Shown here: one piece after another, positions 36,305 to 45,865 of the stretch
Layout of the letters: every line of letters begins with the position of its first letter
How positions within the stretch are numbered: the first letter of the stretch is position 1
NCBI GenBank assembly: GCA_965644495.1
Contig: CBFFSA010000003.1
Coordinates: 1,269,959 to 1,333,958 of the forward strand
Source: Perkinsela sp. CCAP 1560/9
Lineage: Eukaryota; Protista; Euglenozoa: Kinetoplastea
Length of the DNA: 64,000 bases
Direction of reading: 5' to 3'
The notes under the pieces: model-generated
The model's database searches: none
What the model saw: only the letters and a program-made list of their open reading frames with translations
What the model was told of the DNA's origin: nothing
Program-made: the position numbers and the translations under genes

Positions 36305-36978
36305 AGAAATCAACGGACCCTTTATCCTGGCCATAAACTTCGTAAAAGAAAGTAAGCAAAGAAATCAATATTTCCCATGTAGAAGATTTATCCGGCTATA
36401 CACATTTACTTTGCAATAAGTATTACAAGTATCACACGTAGCAGAAGTATCACAAAATAGAGCTCTTAGAACCTAGCAATCACTTCCTATATGTAACTTA
36501 CGAACGGGCATTATGCCCACCACGTCGCGAAATGGTTGGGGGTTGGGTGGGTGGGTACGTTTTTGATGTTTTAAAGGAGGAAATGTCACTAATATATATT
36601 TCATAATTACATTCTGTCCCTGGTATACAAATAAATAGTTTAGACCCATTTCGGGGTGGAATTTGAAGACATAGTTTAGACCCCTTTCGGGGCACCATAT
36701 ACATATCAACGCACAATATAAAGTCTCCTAAATTTCATATCGTAAACTTATAGAAATCAACGGACCCTTTATCCTGGCCATAAACTTCGTAAAAGAAAGT
36801 AAGCAAAGAAATCAATATTTCCCATGTAGAAGATTTATCCGGCTATACACATTTACTTTGCAATAAGTATTACAAGTATCACACGTAGCAGAAGTATCAC
36901 AAAATAGAGCTCTTAGAACCTAGCAATCACTTCCTATATGTAACTTACGAACGGGCATTATGCCCACCACGTCGCGAA
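36305..36978 (-). repeat. 3' split direct repeats B1-A2-B2
   Basis: B (227 bp) twice; A (196 bp) matches 41173-41368. Confidence 0.93.
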
Positions 36979-37377
36979 CCAACCCGTTCGCACGTCACTC
37001 ACGCACACCAAGTCTCCTCGCCCCCCACGTCTCCTCGCTCCCCTCACTCTCCTCGCTTCTCACACTCACCTCGCTCCCTCACTCTCCATCCCATCACTCC
37101 ACAACAACATAACGCAACTTACCCGCACTACTGCACCCTTTCACTGGTCGTACACTTATCTGCCAATAACCAAAAGAAGCTATATAGTTTTTTTTTTTTT
37201 TTTTTTTTTTTTTGACTATAACCAAAGAAAACAAAGTAACCCTCCCAATCACACAACTTCTCACCTCTCAGCTTTTTTTTTTTTTTTTTTTTGATGATTC
37301 TATATAAAGTTGAAACTAACTATTATGATGTAGAATAGATCGTTAGTGGCGGCTAACAAAGTACCCTTTATATAAGT

Positions 37378-40188
37378 TCAGTGTCTGTCTAAACGACTTA
37401 CAGGATCTGCCGGGTTGTGCTCGGAGCGGATATACTGCGCCTTGATGCAGATGCCTGCTAGCTGATTCATTTCTAAAACTTTCTTTAACTCCTTTGCTAT
37501 ATTGTCGGAGTTAGCAACCCGTCGGTTAATAGCGCCTTGGCAGGATGTGTTATCAATGAACAGATCTAAACACGTTCCTTTTTGAAAATGATGTCCGAAA
37601 TCCCTCATGGCATTAGTAACGGCCATGGCTTCGGCATGGTTAACTTCATAGCAAAATTCTCTTGGCCAAGAATCCCCTGTAATATGAACTTGTCCATCAT
37701 CAAGATAAAGTACCGCACCCCATCCCTTGCCAGAGGCATCCGTGTAGAGACTATGTTTATGGGGCACAACATCCGGGTGCGGTGGGGGCTCGATCGGCGT
37801 ATTCGTCAAAAGTTCATCTCTCCAAGATGCCAAAATGCACCGCGTATGTTTCGGGAGGGGAACCGGGTCATCCGCGAGGTGTAAATTACGATTGAGTAGA
37901 TTGATTCTGCGTCTCGCTATCTTGAGTGTGAAGTGAAAACGAGGAATAACGTAACCGAGTACCGCTGAAGCGTAGAGGAGACGCCCCACCGCCGTCTCCA
38001 ATTGGGCATATGTGATTGTACCGAATCGATCGCGCTTCAGTTTGGCTAGTACACGGGGTCCCAGGCTAACCCTATGTACTGTGTGATCGTATTTAACTCC
38101 ATTAAATACGTACTGTGTCTCCGGGGGAGATCCGTCCTCCTTGAATAGGCCATTGGCTGCCTTGCATCGCGAATCAATTTTTTGCGCATATTCGCTGGCC
38201 TGTTGTTCATTCGCTGCATATCGAACCCCGTCGACGTACACGTCGATGCCACTGTCGGCAAACGTAGCTCCCGGCTTACATACCGCCGGATCTCCGGCCA
38301 AAACAGAAGTTATAACCTGCATGATTTCCGGGGCACATCGATGCCCCATAGGCATAACCTTCATTTGGTAGAGATTACCATCTCCACCGCGAAATCGAAA
38401 CTTCGCACGGACCTTCGTTGGAACCGGGACTTGGTAAAATCCACACTTCAGGTCCCTTTTAACCCCGACCTCCGCTTCAGCGCGATGCAAATATTTGGAA
38501 GGGTGGAGGAGAGGTACGGCTGGTTTGTAGTCCTTAAGGCGCTCATTATCGTCGAGCGTCCATGAAATAAATCTGCGTCGGAATTGTCCTCCCTCATCCG
38601 CTTCGACTACTGTGAAGGGAACGAGATACTGTATGGTCGGCGCCTTTTGCGCCGCGTCCTGGGTTACTCTTTCAATTACATTGGCCTCTAATAATTCAGT
38701 AATATCAGAGGGTAGCAGGTTTCCCTTGATTGGGGGCTGCGGTTGAGGGGAAATTCGAGTGCAAAATAATTTGTTGAGAACCTCGTTAAAACGATACCGC
38801 GTGTCGTGACGCATCCATTCTTTGAGTTTATCTAGGTCCATACTTGGAATTCCGCTCTTCACATGCAAAGGGTAATGCATATCTTTAGCCTGTGCCAAAC
38901 GAGACGACCGTCGAGCACATAGTATACTATATCGTTTAACATGGGGCACCTGTTCGAGGCATTTATCAACCTCCTTTTGGGTTATTGGAGCGGTAGGAGG
39001 GCCGAAGCTCGATGCGTACCAAGGGCCTTCGCCGTCGTGACCAAGTCGGCGTTGTACCGTAAGAGGGAGTTTATGCTCTGATGCTTTGCGATAGTTTGCA
39101 CGTCGGCGATTGTTGCCTTTCCTAGAGCGATTTCCCGGAATAGGTGTGTCACTGCCCCCCTTTTTATTGAGTGAGTCCCGAAATTCTGTCCCAGAATCTT
39201 GCGTATTGCACGGTCCATCTCGTGTACTGTTGTGATACTTATCCTTTGACCTGCTATCATACTGCCCACGTATCGAGCTATTTCCGGAGTTCCTTGACCG
39301 CGTATTGTCGTACACATGGAGATTCGATATGGGTTTAGCCTTGTCGTCTTCGTGTTCCTTCCCCAGTACACGATTACTTCCTCTGGATTGTACTTGACGA
39401 ATCGGTCCTTGGTGAGGTCCGCGACTTCGGTCCACCGAGCGACAGCCTTCCAACATATGAGCACCGCCATTGAGTCTCTTGGTCTCAGGACGGATCTGAG
39501 CTTTTGAATGTGCCATGGTGTTGCTGGTGTCATTTGTCTGGTTGGCTCTAATGCTCCCCTGGCCTGTAGTGCTTTTGCGTAAAGCTGTAGTGGACCCGTG
39601 GGCATCTTGGCGAGATTGAAAATTGCTTGAAGACTCCTGGTGTATGCGAGAATGGTCGCCGGTGCGAGGTGCAATTGATTTAGAAATACGACGGCGTTGA
39701 TTGGTTCGATGCCGAGCATTTCTGCCGTGCAAAAGCTGGCGAGGCGGTCCCACAGACGACTGCGTGTCATCCACGTGGTGGTCGTCCACATTGGTTCGAT
39801 TGCGCGCCACACCCGTTCCACTATCGCGCTTTGCTGATGTATGTTTAGCATTGTACATGTTAATTTTCGCTTTGCGAATGCTTCCTTGTGTTCTGGTTTT
39901 GGAGCGTGGGGTACGGGCTTGGGACGCTTTTGAGGTAATTGTTTTGTGAACCCCTGAGGAGGGAACGCAACACTTGCATGTGATGGAACTATAAGCTTGG
40001 ATAAAGGCGAAGAAATGCTTGATAAGTTCACCCGCCGCTTTTTCAGCGGACGGGCACGAGCGAGTCCTGGTGTATTCACCCCGCGCTTGAGCAGCGGTAG
40101 GGCACGAGCGATGTAAGGGGTGGGGGGCCTTCCCTATTGGCCCCGCTTCGCACCAGCGGTGCCGCCCGTCACCCCCAAACGAAAACCC
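37378..40188 (-). CDS. Pol (linker overlapping YR, then RT and RNase H), probably reached by -1 frameshift
   Basis: KRDLKCGFYQ, MPMGH, YVDG, YTDASGKGWG, NPADPVSR; frame is open from the slippery site. Confidence 0.9.
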   Translation of the reverse strand, partial: GFSFGGDGRHRWCEAGPIGKAPHPLHRSCPTAAQARGEYTRTRSCPSAEKAAGELIKHFFAFIQAYSSITCKCCVPSSGVHKTITSKASQARTPRSKTRTQGSIRKAKINMYNAKHTSAKRDSGTGVARNRTNVDDHHVDDTQSSVGPPRQLLHGRNARHRTNQRRRISKSIAPRTGDHSRIHQESSSNFQSRQDAHGSTTALRKSTTGQGSIRANQTNDTSNTMAHSKAQIRPETKRLNGGAHMLEGCRSVDRSRGPHQGPIRQVQSRGSNRVLGKEHEDDKAKPISNLHVYDNTRSRNSGNSSIRGQYDSRSKDKYHNSTRDGPCNTQDSGTEFRDSLNKKGGSDTPIPGNRSRKGNNRRRANYRKASEHKLPLTVQRRLGHDGEGPWYASSFGPPTAPITQKEVDKCLEQVPHVKRYSILCARRSSRLAQAKDMHYPLHVKSGIPSMDLDKLKEWMRHDTRYRFNEVLNKLFCTRISPQPQPPIKGNLLPSDITELLEANVIERVTQDAAQKAPTIQYLVPFTVVEADEGGQFRRRFISWTLDDNERLKDYKPAVPLLHPSKYLHRAEAEVGVKRDLKCGFYQVPVPTKVRAKFRFRGGDGNLYQMKVMPMGHRCAPEIMQVITSVLAGDPAVCKPGATFADSGIDVYVDGVRYAANEQQASEYAQKIDSRCKAANGLFKEDGSPPETQYVFNGVKYDHTVHRVSLGPRVLAKLKRDRFGTITYAQLETAVGRLLYASAVLGYVIPRFHFTLKIARRRINLLNRNLHLADDPVPLPKHTRCILASWRDELLTNTPIEPPPHPDVVPHKHSLYTDASGKGWGAVLYLDDGQVHITGDSWPREFCYEVNHAEAMAVTNAMRDFGHHFQKGTCLDLFIDNTSCQGAINRRVANSDNIAKELKKVLEMNQLAGICIKAQYIRSEHNPADPVSRLDRH
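38982..40133 (-). CDS. Tyrosine recombinase (same frame as gag, after its stop; start uncertain)
   Basis: AVARW, NTKT, THSIKRG, AKH, LLRY. Confidence 0.88.
   Translation of the reverse strand, partial: GRPPTPYIARALPLLKRGVNTPGLARARPLKKRRVNLSSISSPLSKLIVPSHASVAFPPQGFTKQLPQKRPKPVPHAPKPEHKEAFAKRKLTCTMLNIHQQSAIVERVWRAIEPMWTTTTWMTRSRLWDRLASFCTAEMLGIEPINAVVFLNQLHLAPATILAYTRSLQAIFNLAKMPTGPLQLYAKALQARGALEPTRQMTPATPWHIQKLRSVLRPRDSMAVLICWKAVARWTEVADLTKDRFVKYNPEEVIVYWGRNTKTTRLNPYRISMCTTIRGQGTPEIARYVGSMIAGQRISITTVHEMDRAIRKILGQNFGTHSIKRGAVTHLFREIALGKATIADVQTIAKHQSINSLLRYNADLVTTAKALGTHRASALLPLQ
40104..40188 (-). promoter_or_regulatory. Putative -1 frameshift signal
   Basis: G GGT TTT (40182-40188), 6-nt spacer, pseudoknot GGGGTG/CACCCC plus ACGGGC/GCTCGT. 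Confidence 0.75.
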
Positions 40189-41168
40189 GAAGTGTTTGTA
40201 CGTTGTACCGGCTGATTGAGGATAGGACACTGTGCACGGAAATGACCGGGCTTATGGCACTTATAACATAGTAAACCGGGTTTAGTCATCTTAGTGGTGC
40301 GCAACTGGCGAAGTTTCTCATCTGCGACAACCTTGGAATATGCATCTTTGGTTTCGTCCTCTTTGTGCAGCTTTAACTGCAAGTTTTCAATAGGAATACC
40401 CTGGGAGGACCAGTAGTGGTTTCGAAGCTCCTCTATAGCTGTTTGGACGATCGCCAAGAAGTGTTCTTCGCGCCACATAGGGAACACACGGGCTGCATAC
40501 ACCCACTCCTGGATTATCTTAAACAGCCGCTCTCGTATCGGGGGCGAGTTGAACAACAAACCAAATTCCGGCGCGGCTCGAAGATCGCGAATGAGGTCAC
40601 GTACACGGAGTTCATCTTCGGATTCCAGCCAAGGACCCCACGTCAAAGGCTCGTAGGTGGTGAATTTCGCTGGGTCGGTGATAATCTTGGATGTGGGCGG
40701 AGTCTCGTCAGTCTTCCTACCCCCGGGCATAACCGCACGGACGCTGGTAATTTCTAACGAAAAATAGTTAATGTCCGGAAAGGGGAAATCGTAAGCCATA
40801 CCCGGCTCGTCGGCCCATTTGGCTTCCAAATTTCCTGATCCATCCCCTTTGAGAGCAATCACGCCGATAACTGTTTGACGGTGTGTTTCGCCGATATGCC
40901 CCCATACCGCCTCAACAGAAACTTCATATCCCCGCTCAAGGAGGGACTTTACTTTAGCCGCAAATTGCAGCTTAACTTCCTCTGTCATGGCTTCCGCGCC
41001 ATCGCCGCCGCGAAGCAAGGCCGCCACCTGCTCCGGGTTTAGCGTGTGTCGCTGCTCTCCGGTTTGCTGGAAGGTTGGACTGACAGGTTCATGCGGGTCA
41101 CGAGGAGGTGGACTATCCTGCCGGCCCATGGAGAGTGTTCGGCGCACGGTATTTAAAATACCTGCCAT
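40134..41168 (-). CDS. Gag-like protein with CCHC knuckle
   Basis: CYKCHKPGHFRAQC; ATG lies just after repeat A1. Confidence 0.9.
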   Translation of the reverse strand: MAGILNTVRRTLSMGRQDSPPPRDPHEPVSPTFQQTGEQRHTLNPEQVAALLRGGDGAEAMTEEVKLQFAAKVKSLLERGYEVSVEAVWGHIGETHRQTVIGVIALKGDGSGNLEAKWADEPGMAYDFPFPDINYFSLEITSVRAVMPGGRKTDETPPTSKIITDPAKFTTYEPLTWGPWLESEDELRVRDLIRDLRAAPEFGLLFNSPPIRERLFKIIQEWVYAARVFPMWREEHFLAIVQTAIEELRNHYWSSQGIPIENLQLKLHKEDETKDAYSKVVADEKLRQLRTTKMTKPGLLCYKCHKPGHFRAQCPILNQPVQRTNTSGFRLGVTGGTAGAKRGQ

Positions 41169-41475
41169 GAAAACGTTTTTGATGTTTTAAAGGAGGAAAT
41201 GTCACTAATATATATTTCATAATTACATTCTGTCCCTGGTATACAAATAAATAGTTTAGACCCATTTCGGGGTGGAATTTGAAGACATAGTTTAGACCCC
41301 TTTCGGGGCACCATATACATATCAACGCACAATATAAAGTCTCCTAAATTTCATATCGTAAACTTATATAAGGGGGGAGAAGTATGAATCGCGGCATTGC
41401 CTCTATATTTTGACCCAGTAGACGAACCAAGTAGGTCCATTGGGGGGGTATACGAGTTGAAAACAAGCAATCAAA

Positions 41476-41730
41476 TTAGCAATCTCGGAGCTGTGCGTAT
41501 ACTTCGGATCCGTTCAGCTCTTGGAGTAGCAACTTGAATGCCTGTTCGGTTTTTTGGGTATCCAACAGGCAGACATCCGTCAGTGATTTAATTAGGCCCC
41601 GTGTGCTCTTATGTAAAGACCCGCAGGACAAGACAGGAAGGCACTCAAAAGCTTCCGCCGGAATCATGCCACTATTGACGTATGTTTCATTTTTCCGCTG
41701 TATAGCTTCTCGCACGAGTTGTTTTTTGAA
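41476..41730 (-). pseudogene. CRE 3' RLE fragment
   Basis: REAIQRKNETYV...LQELNGSEVYAQL. Confidence 0.75.
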
Positions 41731-41736
41731 CACCTC

Positions 41737-42594
41737 TTGTTTTTTGAAGACCTTTGTTTTTTTGAAGACCTTTGTTTTTTTGAAGACCTTTGTTTTTTTG
41801 AAGACCTTTGTTTTTTTGAAGACCTTTGTTTTTTTGAAGACCTTTGTTTTTTTGAAGACCTTTGTTTTTTTGAAGACCTTTGTTTTTTTGAAGACCTTTG
41901 TTTTTTTGAAGACCTTTGTTTTTTTGAAGACCTTTGTTTTTTTGAAGACCTTTGTTTTTTGAAGACCTTTGTTTTTTTGAAGACCTTTGTTTTTTTGAAG
42001 ACCTTTGTTTTTTTGAAGACCTTTGTTTTTTTGAAGACCTTTGTTTTTTTGAAGACCTTTGTTTTTTTGAAGACCTTTGTTTTTTTGAAGACCTTTGTTT
42101 TTTTGAAGACCTTTGTTTTTTTGAAGACCTTTGTTTTTTTGAAGACCTTTGTTTTTTTGAAGACCTTTGTTTTTTTGAAGACCTTTGTTTTTTTGAAGAC
42201 CTTTGTTTTTTTGAAGACCTTTGTTTTTTTGAAGACCTTTGTTTTTTTGAAGACCTTTGTTTTTTTGAAGACCTTTGTTTTTTTGAAGACCTTTGTTTTT
42301 TTGAAGACCTTTGTTTTTTTGAAGACCTTTGTTTTTTTGAAGACCTTTGTTTTTTTGAAGACCTTTGTTTTTTTGAAGACCTTTGTTTTTTTGAAGACCT
42401 TTGTTTTTTTGAAGACCTTTGTTTTTTTGAAGACCTTTGTTTTTTTGAAGACCTTTGTTTTTTTGAAGACCTTTGTTTTTTTGAAGACCTTTGTGTTTTT
42501 GAAGACCCTTGTTTTTTTGAAGACCTTTGTTTTTTTGAAGACCTTTGTTTTTTTGAAGACCTTTGTTTTTTTTGAAGACCTTTGTTTTTTTTGA
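41737..42594. repeat. 18-bp tandem array (TTTTTTGAAGACCTTTGT), ~47 copies
   Basis: Near-perfect periodicity seen directly. Confidence 0.97.
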
Positions 42595-42609
42595 ATATTC
42601 TTCAAAATT

Positions 42610-45566
42610 ATGGCGAAGGCGTCCGGGCCTTGCGAGAAGAGTATAGTGAATCTTCTAGTACGGTCCACGTTAGGTCGGGGTGTCCTTTTTGAACCAACTT
42701 TGGATTTTGATGGACATGCTAAACTTCGCCTGCGTACTGTGATGAGAATATGTAAAATTCTTCGTCCTGGCGACTGCATCACGCTGTGCTGGCGATATGC
42801 GGGGGCTGCGAAGTATCGGGTTTGGAGGGGGGATGTTACACAGAGAGGTTATGGGTCTCTCTTTCAGCTAGGTCGCTGGCGGGTGAAATACTACCGGCGA
42901 TCGGAAACGCTTCCTTTCCCGCCGTATGACCCACGTATAGTGCTGTGTGGGGTGCGAATTCGGAAACCTCGACGTTCGAATACCCGAAAGAAAGTACGTA
43001 AAAATAGGGCACTGTGTGGCAAGCATGCTCTTCGCGACAACGACCCTGAAGGGTCTGCTGTGAGGAAGTATTTATCTATAGGAACTCTTAACACGACTTC
43101 GTTGAAACTTAAGGGCGACGACGTTTTCAGACTGAAAGCATCCTCCCGATTACATGAAACATTGCGATATATGGCTCAGAAAGATTTGCATGTTCTGGCT
43201 TTACAGGAAACAAGATTCTCTTTTACTTCTAGCGGTGGGTCTGACATTTTGCGCAGGCAACTACGGTACGGAGATAAACACTTTTTCATCTACCTTTTGT
43301 CGGCGGTGAATGGGTACAACGGTATGGGGTTTATCTCTCAGCATCCGTTTTTGAAGGTTTGGAAGGTGAGTGACAGGATCATGGGGGCCGAGTTTACTAT
43401 AGAAGGGGGGTCGGCCTTTATCATGAATGTATATGGGCCGACGCGCGATTCTTCACAAGATGCAATGGAAGAGTTTGACATTTCTCTCACCACTGCGTTT
43501 CATGACGCAGTTGGTAAATATTCACGACGGCCAGCTCTTCTCCTTGGAGATTTGAATGCACCGCTCACTTTTAAAAATAAGACAGAAGAGGACGCGCTAT
43601 CAATGGAAAGATTAGAAGGCCTTTTAGAAGGAATAAATTGTAAATCGGGGCACATCTTATGCCCAAGCCGCCGTAAATATACATGTATACTGCCGAACGA
43701 TGCTAAGCGACAGCTCGATCACATTGCAGTGTGTTCGCGCTTTGCGTCTGCCCTACATAAACATCAAGTTTTTGGCGCACCAACACCAACTGTACACTTT
43801 CTGGTGAGAGCCGAGATCAAGATCAAATGGAAAGTTTCCACAAATACCCACAGAAATAAGATTCCCTGGCTTCAACTTTCTAACCCAGAACATAGTGAAA
43901 AATTTAACAAACGAATCTGCGATCATGTCAAAGGCGAACTGCACAACAAGGATTTCCCTTCCTGGGATCTTCTTGCCTCTTGCCTTCGATCGTCTGGCAG
44001 GGAAATTCCGAAACCACAAAACAAAATATCTCTTGAAATCGATTCGCCAATGGAAACGCTCGAAGGAACCGAAACTGGTTATTTGCGCAGAATCTTTGAG
44101 CTAAGCAGAAAACACAAGGACTTCAATGAATTGGTTTTACAAACACAGGTGCCAATAGAGGAAGCAATAGCCAAATCATGTGATGTCCTGGAAAATAAAC
44201 TAAAGAAGAATCATGCCAGCCCATGGAGAGCTCTGAAAGAAATATGTGGAGTTCATCGCGCCGATTTTAAGATTTCAGGGACCTGTAATAAACAAAAGCT
44301 GGCGGAAATCAAATCATTCTTCGAAGCCTGTGCGGGAGACGCCGGGGGGGACACGAATATAAAATTTCCTGAGGCCAAACCATCCCCTAACACGATTAAC
44401 GACTCCACTTTTACGGAAGATGAGCTTCAAATTGGCATCTCACACTTTGGTAAAGGAAAATCGCCAGGAAAAGACGAAATCCCAATGGAAGCCTTGAAAT
44501 GCATAGCTGGTAAGTTGGCCAGGGGCGCTTCTAGTGTAAATCAGTAGTTTAGGCTGTTGGTTTAGAGTAGAAGCGTTGGGGCTTAGCGCACCTCGCCACC
44601 CGAGCTGCAAACTTCCATTGAAGCGATAAAATTACAAAACAAAATATATAAAGTCCATATTTCATCATCATAAAGAGAAAAAGAAAAAGAAAAAGAAAAT
44701 CTTAATGGATAGTTCTTGGATAGTTGGGTTGCTGTTCGTCTGTTGTAGGTGTAGATTTCTCTTCGTAAATTGAGAGAAGGGGGGAAGGTGAACATTTCTC
44801 ACATACAAGTGACTTGTCTGGTAACGAGTTACTTCGAGATTGGCTGCTATGTGTCATAAACAGAGTTCACGATACCGGGATGGCTCCGGATGTTTGGGGT
44901 GATGTCTTACAAGTTCCTATACCAAAAAAGGGTGATTTGAGTCTTCTTAAGAACTGGCGACCTATTTGCTTAGTGAATTGCATCGTCAAACTAATGAACA
45001 GTTTAATCTTGCAACGAATGAGACCTTATGTGGAGCCCGTGCTTCGCGAGAATCAATATGGGTTTCGACCAGATCGCTCAACAACTCAAGCCCAGGCGAT
45101 TCTCAACGAAGCAAGAGTTAAAGCTTTGCGGGAAAATGGGCTCAACATTGGTTTCGTGGATTTTGCAAAGGCTTTTCCATCTGTTTCGTTTGATGCTATC
45201 AGGGCATCTCTGGTAGCATTCCACATTGGCCCCAAGTTAGTAGAAATGATTATGTCGGTCTATCGCAATATGAGAGGCGTCGTTCGTACACCGTATGGGC
45301 TAACGGAAGCTTTCCCCATCACGACAGGAATTCTACAGGGCGACGTTCTCGCACCGTACCTCTTTGTTATGGTCCTGGATCGAATATTATTTAAGGCAAT
45401 AGATTCAAAACCCCACGGCATCTTATTATCATCCAAGGGTACGAGGAGCAGAGGGTTACGGGAAACGCGGCTCACTGATCTGAATTATGCTGACGATTTG
45501 CTCCTATTTGGGAGCGACAAGGAAGACTTGCAAAGCATGATGGAAGATACAGCAGAGCAAGCCCTC
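42610..45566 (+). pseudogene. APE-RT LINE (Ingi/RTE-like), interrupted and 3'-truncated
   Basis: IGTLN, LQETRF, NVYGPT, GDLNA, LDHI; RT motifs PKKGD, NWRPI, QYGFR, DFAKAF, QGDVLAP, YADD; ~310-bp insert near 44514-44818 flanked by CTGGTAA. Confidence 0.9.
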
Positions 45567-45788
45567 ATAGTTTACGGAGAGAATTGGGCGAATAAATTAT
45601 TTACGTTATACCAGTTTATCTATTGTGTGATGGCCGAGGGGCATTGTACCTGTTGTGAGAATTCAACTGATTTGATATATACACCCCCCAGATGTAACCC
45701 CATGTGTATACAGACGAATATGACGTTTGCTATGGTGATTATAAATTCAAGACTGTATTTCCTTTGTTAATTCGCGACAGTTAAAGTT

Positions 45789-45824
45789 CTTTAACGATAA
45801 AGATACAGTTTCTGTACCTTGTTG
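45789..45824 (+). other. Spliced-leader exon (retroposed)
   Basis: ACAGTTTCTGTAC...TTG core as in kinetoplastid/diplonemid SL; not followed by a GT intron. Confidence 0.85.
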
Positions 45825-45865
45825 ACTGTATTTCCTTTGTTAATTCGCGACAGTTAAAGTTTCTA

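Larger units (their letters stand above)
36305..41368 (-). mobile_element. Complete VIPER/TATE-like YR retrotransposon with split direct repeats
   Basis: A1 41173-41368, ORFs, B1 36752-36978, A2 36557-36752, B2 36305-36531; three uninterrupted ORFs; no TSD. Confidence 0.93.

Noticed and set aside
41534-42782. Long ORFs (KKTKVF)n, (FFEDLC)n and (LKTFVF)n
   Set aside because: By-products of a stop-free 18-bp tandem repeat
44509-44820. Cis-spliced intron in the LINE (begins GTAAG)
   Set aside because: No AG at the restoring junction; a 7-bp duplication and internal matches to other repeats indicate an insertion
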